DNA of 64,000 bases from Candidatus Paceibacter sp. GTDB taxonomy: Bacteria; Patescibacteriota; Minisyncoccia; UBA6257; 02-FULL-45-10c. The notes below the pieces were generated by a model. That model was not told where the DNA came from. It was given only the letters and a program-made list of their open reading frames with translations, and did no database searches. Every line of letters starts with the position of its first letter. The stretch's first letter is position 1. Both the position numbers and the translations under genes were made by a program. Positions 46,403 through 56,034 of this stretch are shown one piece after another. Where the stretch lies: positions 1,377 to 65,376 of the forward strand of contig DYGE01000003.1 of the NCBI GenBank assembly GCA_020724845.1. Direction: 5' to 3'.

Positions 46403-47485
46403 ATGAAAATAAATTTAAACATTTCAAAACTTTGGTTCAGCCTTTTGTTATTAGGCATCGGCGGTTTTTTTCTGACGTTTATTTTCCCGCATCCCCAGGG
46501 TTTCTACGCTTTCGCGGCGGTAGCGGCAGTCGGCGGCTTTGCCGTTTCCGCCAACGTTTATCGCGTGAAGCGATCTGATGACAAGCTAATATGCCCAATG
46601 GGCTCGGACTGCAATGCCGTAATTACCAGCAGATACTCGAAGTTTTTGGGTGTCCCGCTCGAGATATTGGGGATGATGTATTTTGCTATCGTTTTTTTGA
46701 CTTATCTATCTGTTTCATTTTATCCGGGGTTGTTAACGGGAACGTTTTTGACCGCAGCCATGGCGCTTTCGGCGGCAGCTTTCCTATTTTCCACTTATTT
46801 GCTGTTTGTTCAAGCATTTTTATTGCGGCAGTGGTGCGTATGGTGCATTCTGGCCGCCGCTTTTTCGTATTCGATCTTTTTGGCTTCTCTGACAAATTTG
46901 GATATGGCCAGCCAGTTTCTAATCAGGGCGGAAAATGTCTTAGCGGCCCTCCAATCTCTTGGATTCGCGCTGGGGATAGGTTCAGCTACCGCGGCAATCT
47001 TCGTTTTCTACAGGTTCTTGAAGGATCTTGATATTGACGAAAAAGAAATGGATACGCTGAAAGGCATTTCTGAAGTGGCCTGGGTCGGTCTTAGCTTTGT
47101 CCTGCTTAGCCAGCTCTCTCTTTACGTAGCCCAGCCCCAAATTTTGGCAGATTCAAATTTGTTTGTTTCCAGGATCATAGCGCTTTTTGCCGCCGCTTTT
47201 TTCGGGGCCGTTTTGATGGTTATTTTGGCGCCGTTTCTAGCATACATTCCTTTTGGAGAAAAGCCGGGGAAACACCATGTCTCGCTTTTGGAGGAGCTCC
47301 GCAAGCCGACGTTTGCGGCCGGAGCGTTGACGATTTCATCCTGGTATTTTGCTTTCTCAACAGCCTTTCTTCCTGAATATCCGCTTGGGTCATTGCTGGT
47401 ATTTTACGCATGCTTTGCGACTGCCGCCGTTATCTTAAGTTTGGCGTGGGAGCAAACGATTGCCGCAAAGTCCCTGCATAAATAA
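46403..47485 (+). CDS. Vitamin K epoxide reductase (VKOR) family protein with extra TM domain
   Basis: CP.GSDC.AV..S.YS..LG.P and WCVWC. Confidence 0.88.
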   Translation: MKINLNISKLWFSLLLLGIGGFFLTFIFPHPQGFYAFAAVAAVGGFAVSANVYRVKRSDDKLICPMGSDCNAVITSRYSKFLGVPLEILGMMYFAIVFLTYLSVSFYPGLLTGTFLTAAMALSAAAFLFSTYLLFVQAFLLRQWCVWCILAAAFSYSIFLASLTNLDMASQFLIRAENVLAALQSLGFALGIGSATAAIFVFYRFLKDLDIDEKEMDTLKGISEVAWVGLSFVLLSQLSLYVAQPQILADSNLFVSRIIALFAAAFFGAVLMVILAPFLAYIPFGEKPGKHHVSLLEELRKPTFAAGALTISSWYFAFSTAFLPEYPLGSLLVFYACFATAAVILSLAWEQTIAAKSLHK

Positions 47486-47584
47486 GCGCCGATTCTTTTT
47501 AGAAAGCCGTACTTGAGAGCGGGTTCCTTTTGAGCTATATTATTAGTAAGCATAAGTTGAAAGTAATTTCAATCATCGCTTGTT

Positions 47585-49618
47585 ATGTTCAACAAGATTA
47601 ATGATAGGTTTATAGAGTTCCTAACCAGGCGCGGCAACAAGAGAACCTTCTTTCTGTTAGTTTTATTGTTTCTTTTGCTGAATCCGCTGGTTTTTAACTT
47701 AGTGCTTGATTATAGAACCTATAACGGCATTGTTACCGAGAGCTTGCGGAATGAAAAAATGGATACGGCCGTCTTAGCCTCCCGCTTGTTTGAAGAAAGG
47801 CTTGATAACCTGGTTAACCTTGGGGTTTCTTTGGCTACCAGGGTCCAATTTAGAAGGGCGATTGAGCGAGGAGATTGGAACGAGGCGGCGCGAATAATCG
47901 GAGACGTTCCCCAAAACTTTTCATTTTTAGACAGGGTTTTCTTGACTGATCCGGAGGGCTTTGAAACGGCGGCAGTTCCGGAACTCATAGGGGGTGTTGG
48001 GAAAAATTTTGCTTTCAGGGATTGGTACAAAGGGGTAAGCAAAGATTGGAAGCCCTATGTTTCCGAGGTGTATAGGAGAGAGGCCATTCCTCAATACAAT
48101 TTAGTTGCCATTGCCGCGCCGATTATTTCCGAGAACGGTTCCGTGCTGGGGATCTTGGTTCTTCAATTAAGGTTAGAGAGTTTGGTTAGTCAGTTGAAGT
48201 CAATAAACGCGGGTGAAAGCGGTTTCGTGTATTTGGTTGACCAATACGGTCATGTTATTGGCCATCCGGATTTTCCGGTCCAGGATGAAATTGTTTCCGC
48301 CTTTGACGACTTTTTTATAAATGACGCGCTTGCCGGCAATGGCGATGTTGGAATTTTTGACAGCAAAATAGACGGCCAGGTTATGTTTTCCGCTTATTAT
48401 CCGATAGCTAAATACGGATGGAGCGTAGTTGTCTCCCAGCCGGAGAGCGTGGCCTTTGCTTTCAGCGGCGATTTGTTAAATAACAAGATCACGCTCGGTT
48501 TCATTTTTATAATTTTAAGTTCGGCCGTGATGCTGGTTCTGTTTAGGTTGATTTATATCTTGACTCTTTATCGGCAGAGGGAAAGAAGGATATTTGAGAA
48601 TATCGGGGACGGGGTTTTCACTATGGACAGGAACTGGAGAATCACTGACATTAACGATGCCGCGCTTAAAATCCTTGGGAAGGACAAGAAAGATGTTGTG
48701 GGCAGGAGCTTCAGGCAGGTTTTCAGATTCATCAGGGCGAATGACCGGCAAGAAAATATAAGGTTTATAGAAGAAGCGATGCTCTTCAAAAAAACCAAAT
48801 TTATGGAGAACCACACTCTTTTGATTACCGATGACGGAAGAGAGGTGCCGGTGGCTGACAGCGCCGCCCCCTTATTGGACGATTCCGATCAGGTAATTGG
48901 CGCGGTGGTCATTTTCCGGGACGCGACTAAGGAGAACGAAGCAAGGCAGCTCCGTTCCGATTTTGCTTATTCTTCCCATCAGCTCCGCACCCCGGTCAAT
49001 CAAGCGTCTTGGGCTTTGGAGGCTGCTATGGAAGCCAAAGATAGAGAAGAGGTTAATAAATATCTCAATACCGCTAGCCGGGCTTTGGACAGCACGATTG
49101 AGACTGTTGATAAAATCATACGGATATCGGAAATCAACCAAGGAATGGTTTCTCCGTCTATTAAGGAGTTCAAACTATCTGCCACCCTGGATGAGGTTAT
49201 TAGCGACTTAGAGAAAGCCACAAAGGAACGGAAAGTGGAAATAAAAAAGTCTTCCGGATTGGAAGAAATTTCATTGAGGTCCGACCCTAATTTGCTGAAA
49301 ACCATGCTTTTTGATGTGTTGGAGAACGCGATTTTTTATAGTCCTCTGGGCGGTAAAGTGGAAATTGCAGCTTCGGCGGATGAAGACTTGCTCATTATAA
49401 TCAGAGATTCCGGCATCGGCATACCGGCCGAGGAGCAGCCCCTGGTGTTTACCAAATTTTTCCGTGGCAGGAATTTTGACAAGCAGCAGATCGCCGGAGC
49501 GGGGTTGGGGCTAGCTATCTGCCAGGAATACGCGAAACTCCTCGGCGGGAAAATCTGGTTTAAGTCTAAAGAAGGCCAAGGAACTACCTTCTATATCTCA
49601 ATACCGCTCAACAATTAG
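47585..49618 (+). CDS. Cache/PAS sensor histidine kinase
   Basis: Two TMs, RDWY Cache motif, PAS, HQLRTP, NA..Y, DSGIG, GAGLGL. Confidence 0.92.
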   Translation: MFNKINDRFIEFLTRRGNKRTFFLLVLLFLLLNPLVFNLVLDYRTYNGIVTESLRNEKMDTAVLASRLFEERLDNLVNLGVSLATRVQFRRAIERGDWNEAARIIGDVPQNFSFLDRVFLTDPEGFETAAVPELIGGVGKNFAFRDWYKGVSKDWKPYVSEVYRREAIPQYNLVAIAAPIISENGSVLGILVLQLRLESLVSQLKSINAGESGFVYLVDQYGHVIGHPDFPVQDEIVSAFDDFFINDALAGNGDVGIFDSKIDGQVMFSAYYPIAKYGWSVVVSQPESVAFAFSGDLLNNKITLGFIFIILSSAVMLVLFRLIYILTLYRQRERRIFENIGDGVFTMDRNWRITDINDAALKILGKDKKDVVGRSFRQVFRFIRANDRQENIRFIEEAMLFKKTKFMENHTLLITDDGREVPVADSAAPLLDDSDQVIGAVVIFRDATKENEARQLRSDFAYSSHQLRTPVNQASWALEAAMEAKDREEVNKYLNTASRALDSTIETVDKIIRISEINQGMVSPSIKEFKLSATLDEVISDLEKATKERKVEIKKSSGLEEISLRSDPNLLKTMLFDVLENAIFYSPLGGKVEIAASADEDLLIIIRDSGIGIPAEEQPLVFTKFFRGRNFDKQQIAGAGLGLAICQEYAKLLGGKIWFKSKEGQGTTFYISIPLNN

Positions 49619-49666
49619 ATTTTTGTGCTCGGATAAAAATAGGCGCCCCTTCGGAACGCCTATTTT

Positions 49667-49852
49667 TTACTCTTGCTCATCCTCAAACGATTTTTTCAGT
49701 TCTTCCCGGAGTTCGGGGGTGTCCTGATGACCGTGGGCCGTGACCGCGTGGTTTATGGCCGCCGGCAGAAGGTGCTCTTCGCTGCCGCTCATTTTCAGGT
49801 CGCAATTTTTTTCGCTTGGCATTTTGCGGCAATCAATAGATTTTCTTGGCAT
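49667..49852 (-). CDS. DUF1059-like protein
   Basis: IDCR..PS..NC....SG.EE......HA...HG..DTPELRE. Confidence 0.8.
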   Translation of the reverse strand: MPRKSIDCRKMPSEKNCDLKMSGSEEHLLPAAINHAVTAHGHQDTPELREELKKSFEDEQE

Positions 49853-50024
49853 GTTATTAAAATTTAAATTAATTTTGACCTTTAAGGTTAGTATACATTA
49901 AAACTATTTTGATAAAAAACCGCCCTTAGGGTCTTGACGGAGATACGCACGTTGGATACACTGATTGCCCGAAGGGAAACCGTTCTTAAATAGCAAAAAC
50001 AGCGAGGGGGAGGGGGCGAGCGAG

Positions 50025-50225
50025 ATGGCGGGAGAAGCGAAAGCGAAGCTGGTTCTGCACCACGACGATCCTCCGTGCGAGGCAAGGTTAGCCAATGGCT
50101 ACTGCCGGGAATGCCGGTTTGTGCCCGATATGCAAAGCACCTGCTTTTGGTATTATTGTCCCGGATGCGATATCCCTCTCAAGAAAATGAAATGCAAGGG
50201 ATGCAAGAGGGTATTTAAGAAATAG
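50025..50225 (+). CDS. Small zinc-finger protein
   Basis: Multiple CxxC; promoter TTGACG-17-TACACT; G-rich RBS; terminator. Confidence 0.65.
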   Translation: MAGEAKAKLVLHHDDPPCEARLANGYCRECRFVPDMQSTCFWYYCPGCDIPLKKMKCKGCKRVFKK

Positions 50226-50301
50226 CCGCCGCAAATGGCGGCTTTTTTTGTCGTGGGCTGTTAATGTTGTATAATTAAATTAATTAATCCAATTATTATT
50301 T

Positions 50302-50778
50302 ATGAATAAACTTTTAGTTGTTATTGTAGCGCTATTATTAATTTCCGCTGGCGTTTACTGGGCAGTCCAATACTCTTCCAACTATGGCGGAAGCAATGGC
50401 GATATTTCCGGATTACTGGTTGGGGACAATGCCATTTATGTGGCGGACCAGCGTCCGGGGCCGTCAGTTAATATTAGTTTTGTTAAGCTTGCCAAAAATG
50501 GTTTCGTAGCGATACACGCGAGTGCTGATGGAAGGCCTGGCGCCATAGTCGGCAGCAGCGATTTTTTGGAGGCTGGCGAAACTAGGAATTTTGCAATTTC
50601 TCTTTCGCGTCTCGTTACCGAGGGTGAAGAACTATTTGCCATGCCGCACGTAGATGACGGGGACCTGGTTTTTAATCCAGCAAACGACCCTCCGGCGCTG
50701 GACTCGGAGAATAACGTTATGTTCATGAGGTTCTTTATTAGCGGGGGCGCTGAAGATCCAGGCGCAGTAAGTTTGTAA
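50302..50778 (+). CDS. Membrane-anchored beta-rich protein
   Basis: N-terminal TM; DQ, GFVAIH, G.S..L.AG, AM.H.DDGD. Confidence 0.7.
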   Translation: MNKLLVVIVALLLISAGVYWAVQYSSNYGGSNGDISGLLVGDNAIYVADQRPGPSVNISFVKLAKNGFVAIHASADGRPGAIVGSSDFLEAGETRNFAISLSRLVTEGEELFAMPHVDDGDLVFNPANDPPALDSENNVMFMRFFISGGAEDPGAVSL

Positions 50779-50810
50779 AAGAAAATTTTCAATTTTTAAA
50801 ATTAAGACAT

Positions 50811-51407
50811 ATGACTATTATGACAAATCGTTTAAAGAATTATTTGGTATTCAGTGTTTCGCTAGCTGTTGTAGTTATGCTTTTCAGCGCTATCTTTGCT
50901 TTAGCGGCTAGCCATGAGGATGTCGGCGCTATGGCAGAAGAAAAAATGGAAGAAGCGCGCGAGAGGGCTGGAGAGGCAATGGAGAAAAGCAGGGCCGAGG
51001 AGCATCGGAGCCAAGTTTCCAGAGTTGCCGCGGAATTAAGAGAGCTTGCCGGGAAAGACAGGAATATAGGCGAGGAAATAAGAGAGGTGGCTATGGAACA
51101 GGAAGAGTCGTCAGAAAAAGCTGTAGAAGCTATGGAAAGCGCGGAGAAGAGAAATGCTTTTATAACTTTCTTATTCGGAACTGATTACGGCAGCTTGGGA
51201 CAATTAAGGAGCGAATTGGTAACTACGGAAAATCATATTAATCGCTTAACCGGAGCTATGGAGAGGGCTAGCGATCAAATGTTAAAAGACGATTTACAAG
51301 CCCAAATTGATGAGTTGCAGGCAGCTAAAGATTCGGTCGAAAGCTTTGTTAGGGAGCAGGAAAATAAATTCAGTTTGTTTGGTTGGCTGGTAAGATTGTT
51401 CCAATAA
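50811..51407 (+). CDS. Exported coiled-coil protein
   Basis: Signal peptide; FLFG.DY..LGQLRSE; FSLFGWL. Confidence 0.75.
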   Translation: MTIMTNRLKNYLVFSVSLAVVVMLFSAIFALAASHEDVGAMAEEKMEEARERAGEAMEKSRAEEHRSQVSRVAAELRELAGKDRNIGEEIREVAMEQEESSEKAVEAMESAEKRNAFITFLFGTDYGSLGQLRSELVTTENHINRLTGAMERASDQMLKDDLQAQIDELQAAKDSVESFVREQENKFSLFGWLVRLFQ

Positions 51408-51490
51408 CCCATAAAATTCCCCGCAACGCGGGGGATTTTTAGCATGCATAATAAAACAAGCCGCCCCTTATTTAGGACGGCAACCAAAGC

Positions 51491-52006
51491 TTACCAGGTA
51501 TACTCTTTTGAGTAATTTTTTAAGGCTTTTAGGGGAAAATAGCTTTGCCTCCTATGCTTCATCAAAAAACTTCGCGCCATATGATATTTTCTTGATCTCC
51601 CTTCTCCGCCAGGTACTATTAAACAAAGTACTGACGCGACACAAATTCCAAGCGGACCTAAGGCCAAGCCTGGACTATTAATCACTAATCCAGCGAAAGA
51701 ACTTAACACTGAAAGAATTCCCAAAGAAACCCCGACAGCCAGACAGGAGCGTTGAAGCAACGCCAAATTCCTGGTCCGCTCCGCGAGCAAATCGCCAAGA
51801 TCGCAAATCTGCTTGTCAGTAAGTTTGCTTATCTGTTTCTCCCCAATACCAAAGTATTCTGGGCAAAGATCGGTAAACAAATTCATAAACTCGTTATCTT
51901 TTCGGCTGATTTCCGCCGCCAAGCTCAAACTGCCAACTTTAGCAACCAGCTCATCCCTTTCGGTTTTTTTCACCAGTCCGCGATCGTCATTTTGCCCTTG
52001 CCCCAT
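51491..52006 (-). CDS. 2-TM orphan membrane protein, paralog family member 3
   Basis: RGLV, AKV, YFGI, two TMs, YFP; GGAGG RBS. Confidence 0.75.
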   Translation of the reverse strand: MGQGQNDDRGLVKKTERDELVAKVGSLSLAAEISRKDNEFMNLFTDLCPEYFGIGEKQISKLTDKQICDLGDLLAERTRNLALLQRSCLAVGVSLGILSVLSSFAGLVINSPGLALGPLGICVASVLCLIVPGGEGRSRKYHMARSFLMKHRRQSYFPLKALKNYSKEYTW

Positions 52007-52082
52007 CTTTTACCTCCCTATATAAATTTCAAAAATATTCAATCTGTGGAGATATTATCAGAAAAATACTCCTTCGTCAAGT

Positions 52083-52158
52083 GATTGACTTTTTGATGGA
52101 TCCGTACTATTGTATAAGCACCCAAAGCACTTTCACATTAGAGGGGAAAGATGAAGAT
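52083..52158 (+). promoter_or_regulatory. Promoter/leader module, copy A
   Basis: TTGACT-17-TATTGT; near-identical to 54909-54984. Confidence 0.75.
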
Positions 52159-52357
52159 TCTTAAGCAAGGGAAGAAGCCGGATCCTGACTGGGTTGGAAG
52201 AAGGGTTACGTGTGATTATTGCGGCTGCCTATTCCAGCTTGGCATGGAAGACAGAAAAAGTGTTCATTATGAATCAGACCAGAGAGAAGGGGATTACTAT
52301 ACGGTGAAATGCCCGATGAAAGATTGCCGAAAAAGGATTTATTTCAGCGCCCAGTAA
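52151..52357 (+). CDS. Small zinc-ribbon protein
   Basis: TC..CGC.F ... V.CP...C. Confidence 0.7.
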   Translation: MKILKQGKKPDPDWVGRRVTCDYCGCLFQLGMEDRKSVHYESDQREGDYYTVKCPMKDCRKRIYFSAQ

Positions 52358-52488
52358 GAATATCTGCCGCGGCAAGAAGCCGCGGTTTTTTTATTTTCAA
52401 TTCTTGCTGAAAGTCTTTATTTGACTTTGCGGTTATTTTCATATAATATATAAGACGGCTGTTAACCAATAAAAGAAAGAGGGTCCGA

Positions 52489-53289
52489 GTGATTGTTGAC
52501 TTTCTGAAGGACTTAGTCGGCGCTTGGGGGGAGGAAGATAGGGAGTTGGCAAAGAAGCTTGGAGTTTGGGATCCGCATCCGTTTACCGTAAATCAGTATC
52601 TGACAGATCTGTTTATGATTGTTCCGGAAAATATCGGGCGGGATCATAAGTATCCTCCGCGATTCGCGGTTGCTAAAGAAGATGGGCTTTATAAGTTGCC
52701 TGACAAAGTTATCTTTTATAAGCAAAAACCAGAGATCGTTCCAAAGGGGCATAAGGTAACAGGCGTGCGTTTGAGCATTGATCTTGCCTATGAGGTTCCT
52801 CAAAAGCTTGTCAGGCGCGGATGTTGCCAAAGGTATTCCTTGCGCACCTCGGTCAAGCTTGACCGGAAGTTCGGAGGCGATCCCGTCTGCGGAGGAGGCA
52901 TTAAGCGGCTTTTCGCTCCCAGTTCAACCGAAAAGAGGGCGGCCAAAGATTTGCAGCGCGTACTTGAGAGGGGCAGATTTACGGGGACCACCTGGTTGCA
53001 TCAATATTTTGACTTTTGGTCTGACTGCTCTTACCGCGCCGAAGAGAATAGTTGTAGGATTGCGGTTTTCGTCGGTGGTGAAGATGCTGTGATGCGGCAC
53101 ATCAAAAGAGTTGCCGATCCTCGCGGGAAATACCCATATTATCTTGATGACGAGGGGCTCGAGAAAATGAAGGATTGGCAAAGGGAGCAAGAAGAGAGAA
53201 GTAAAAGAGGCGAATCCTTCACTCTAGTTTCTGTGCCGGAGTTTATGGATACCAAAACTTCCAAAGTGAGATTTGAAATTGTAAGCTAG
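52489..53289 (+). CDS. Hypothetical protein
   Basis: 266-aa ORF with own promoter, RBS and terminator. Confidence 0.65.
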   Translation: MIVDFLKDLVGAWGEEDRELAKKLGVWDPHPFTVNQYLTDLFMIVPENIGRDHKYPPRFAVAKEDGLYKLPDKVIFYKQKPEIVPKGHKVTGVRLSIDLAYEVPQKLVRRGCCQRYSLRTSVKLDRKFGGDPVCGGGIKRLFAPSSTEKRAAKDLQRVLERGRFTGTTWLHQYFDFWSDCSYRAEENSCRIAVFVGGEDAVMRHIKRVADPRGKYPYYLDDEGLEKMKDWQREQEERSKRGESFTLVSVPEFMDTKTSKVRFEIVS

Positions 53290-53372
53290 GGCTTTGATTG
53301 CCGCCTATCAAGGGCGGCTTTTTAATTAAAAAATCCCGCTCGGGGCGGGAATTAGACTAGGGATTCATTCAG

Positions 53373-54818
53373 TTATCTTGAGAATTTTTCTATTTTCAGA
53401 TTCGGAAGCGCGGCTTGCAGGAATTTGGCCATGGCGTCGTCTTCCGCCGGACCGGGCCGATAGGTTCCGGAGTTGCCGGAGCAGATGATCTTGCCGCTCG
53501 GATCTTTCCAGAGCTCCCCGGCCCAGACAACGTACGGCTTAGTCTTGTCTGTTTGCTGGTTCTGTTCGCCGGGAGACCATAGGTATCCTGATACCAGAAC
53601 ATGTTTGGAGAGTATCCAATCCACCAGTTTGTTTCTGACAGTAATGCGCGAGATTATCAGGCGGGTAGCGGGCTTTTCTTTCGGTTTAGAAGCGGGTTTG
53701 CGCACGGCCACAATGTTGTATTTATTCTCCGAAGCCTCGGAATGAGTCCGCAGCATGTCGTAAATGTCTCGTTCGCTGCAGGTTCCGATTTCGTGGAATG
53801 CGGAGGCGCCCATTATCTTTCTCATCAGCCAGATGACCGGCTTTGAGAAAAGGACGGTCTTTTTGACGCGGGTGGCGAATCCCGGATTTTCTTGAGAAAA
53901 GGGCTTTAGCGCCTTTTGGAAGTAATCATCAGCACTGATTCTGTCTATCATTGCTTCAAAAAGAGCGTGCGGACCCCAGAGCTGGCGAAGCATTCTGCCG
54001 GGCAGGGGAGCCGCGGTTACTCTTACTTGAATGTCTTTCAGATAGTCGCTCTCTACTGGCAGGGCTGGCGCCACTTCGGCCAGCTCCGATTTTTTTGCGC
54101 CAACCGGCTTTAGCCCGCGGAACGGAGCCGTCAGCATCCCGTGGAGTTTTGCTCCCAAGGGGTGCTTTTTGAAGTGCCGGTAAGGCGTCGCGATTTCGGC
54201 TAAGATAATGCCGCGAGTGTACTCTTCCATGCTCATTCTGGTGGTCCGGATAACTTCGAAACCAATTGGTTCGCCATCAAAGAGAAGGCCGCCTTCCAAA
54301 AGAACGCTCATCAATTGGTATGGCCAGGTGATCGCGGAAAGCTTCTTGCTCTTGGAGCTGAATCCGGCGGATTCCAGCACTTGCATTGTTCCATTAACGC
54401 AGGTGCGGAATTTTTCCCCGCTTAGTTTGTCCATTTCTTTCCGTACGCGTTCTTGAGCGCTCGGCGGAAGATTCAGCAGGCGCAGCCAGATGCCTGACTG
54501 CAGAAACGATCCGGAATTACGCGTAATATTTTCGATATGCGCCGCTTTTCGCCAGAGCGAGTAAGCGGCGAACTTTTGGTAGCCGGTTCCGTCCGGCAAG
54601 GCAGTTACCAACGCGGTATTCGGCCTGCCGAAAACGATAAATGTCTCGTTATAATTGTCAAAGACATCCTCAACTCTGGCTACTCGAAAATCATTTACGG
54701 TTCGTTCCTGGACGTTGGCGTCAATAACTTTCTTGACCAGATTGCAGAAAAGAAATTCCGGCCGGTATTCGAACCGACGGGCGTAGCCGCGTTCTCTCTC
54801 GGATTCTTGATTTCGCAC
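53373..54818 (-). CDS. Hypothetical protein with C-terminal AGE...NSG.Y.P motif
   Basis: 481-aa ORF with GGAGG RBS; KH...V.WAGELW...SGNSGTYRP. Confidence 0.7.
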   Translation of the reverse strand: MRNQESERERGYARRFEYRPEFLFCNLVKKVIDANVQERTVNDFRVARVEDVFDNYNETFIVFGRPNTALVTALPDGTGYQKFAAYSLWRKAAHIENITRNSGSFLQSGIWLRLLNLPPSAQERVRKEMDKLSGEKFRTCVNGTMQVLESAGFSSKSKKLSAITWPYQLMSVLLEGGLLFDGEPIGFEVIRTTRMSMEEYTRGIILAEIATPYRHFKKHPLGAKLHGMLTAPFRGLKPVGAKKSELAEVAPALPVESDYLKDIQVRVTAAPLPGRMLRQLWGPHALFEAMIDRISADDYFQKALKPFSQENPGFATRVKKTVLFSKPVIWLMRKIMGASAFHEIGTCSERDIYDMLRTHSEASENKYNIVAVRKPASKPKEKPATRLIISRITVRNKLVDWILSKHVLVSGYLWSPGEQNQQTDKTKPYVVWAGELWKDPSGKIICSGNSGTYRPGPAEDDAMAKFLQAALPNLKIEKFSR

Positions 54819-54908
54819 AAGAACCTCCTGTAGTTTTGAGCTGCTGCGCGTATTTTAGCAGAAAAATTCGGACTTGACAAGCTTGGCTTTTTCTTTTCAA
54901 TTTGAATT

Positions 54909-54984
54909 GATTGCTTTTTGATATTACTTGTACTATTATATAAGCGTCTAAAGTACTTTTACATTAGGGGGAAAAGATGAAGAT
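54909..54984 (+). promoter_or_regulatory. Promoter/leader module, copy B
   Basis: TTGCTT-17-TATTAT; near-identical to 52083-52158. Confidence 0.75.
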
Positions 54985-55972
54985 GGTTCGATTGGGATTT
55001 ATCGGTTGCGGCGGGCACGCGTATTCGTCTCATGGTTTGGTGGCGGACAAGCTGCCGGAGCTTTTTCGGATAACCTCGGCTTTTGACCCGAATCTGGAGG
55101 TAGTTGATCAGTTTGTTAAACTGGCGCCTGATTTGTATCGCGCTTCCTCGGCAGAGGATTTGCTGGCCAGGCCGGACGTGGACGCGGTAGTGATTGCCAC
55201 CCCGCATCAGTTCCATCTTACTTTAATGGAAAAAGCGGTGGCTGCCGGCAAGCACGTTCTTTGCGAGAAACCGCTTTGGGTAGGCGACTATGCGAGAGTA
55301 ATGTGGAAAATTATTGAAGAAGCGGAGAAACGAAAGTTAGTTCTGACCAGCTGCCATCCGAGGCGCTATGAAAGAGAGAACGTTCGCCTGAAAATGGAAT
55401 TGCTGGAATATCGGGAGGCGTACGGCCGACTGGAAGAATTTAACTTCCGATTTTTTTATCACAAACCGAGTACTGATTGGAAAAAAGAGGATAGTTTGCT
55501 GCTGGATCATATGAACCATGAAATAGACCTGGTGAACTTTCTACTTGGCCACGCGCCGTTTTATCTTAGGAGGGTCTGCGACAGTTTTGACCGATATCAG
55601 GTTGTCGGCAGAAGGGAAGACGGGGTCAGCTTGTGTTTCAGCGGTTATCGCCGATTGGAAAATCGGATATACAACAATGAGCTGGAACTGATTTTTGACC
55701 GCGGCAGAGTCAGAGTTTTGTCTTCGCTTAAAAAGGGCTTGGTTGAAACCAGGGTCTTGGAGGAGCATTTTGACGCGTTCGGAGCTACTATTGATTCGCC
55801 GCGAGGGTCCGCCCCGTATAATCTTGCTTTTTTTGATGTGATGAGGAATTTCGGCGAGACCATCTTGGGCAGAGCGAAGAATTATCTGACGATCAGCGAT
55901 TTATTGACCAATACTGTTTCCTGCAATGTCCTGTTGGAGGAAGGTTATTATCATCAGTCCAGGAATTTTTAA
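54977..55972 (+). CDS. Gfo/Idh/MocA family oxidoreductase
   Basis: [31 protein letters not shown]. Confidence 0.9.
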   Translation: MKMVRLGFIGCGGHAYSSHGLVADKLPELFRITSAFDPNLEVVDQFVKLAPDLYRASSAEDLLARPDVDAVVIATPHQFHLTLMEKAVAAGKHVLCEKPLWVGDYARVMWKIIEEAEKRKLVLTSCHPRRYERENVRLKMELLEYREAYGRLEEFNFRFFYHKPSTDWKKEDSLLLDHMNHEIDLVNFLLGHAPFYLRRVCDSFDRYQVVGRREDGVSLCFSGYRRLENRIYNNELELIFDRGRVRVLSSLKKGLVETRVLEEHFDAFGATIDSPRGSAPYNLAFFDVMRNFGETILGRAKNYLTISDLLTNTVSCNVLLEEGYYHQSRNF

Positions 55973-56034
55973 CCTCGCGTTGCGAGGTTTTTTAATTGCG
56001 AAGAATCGGTTAATTTTTGATATACTGAATATGT

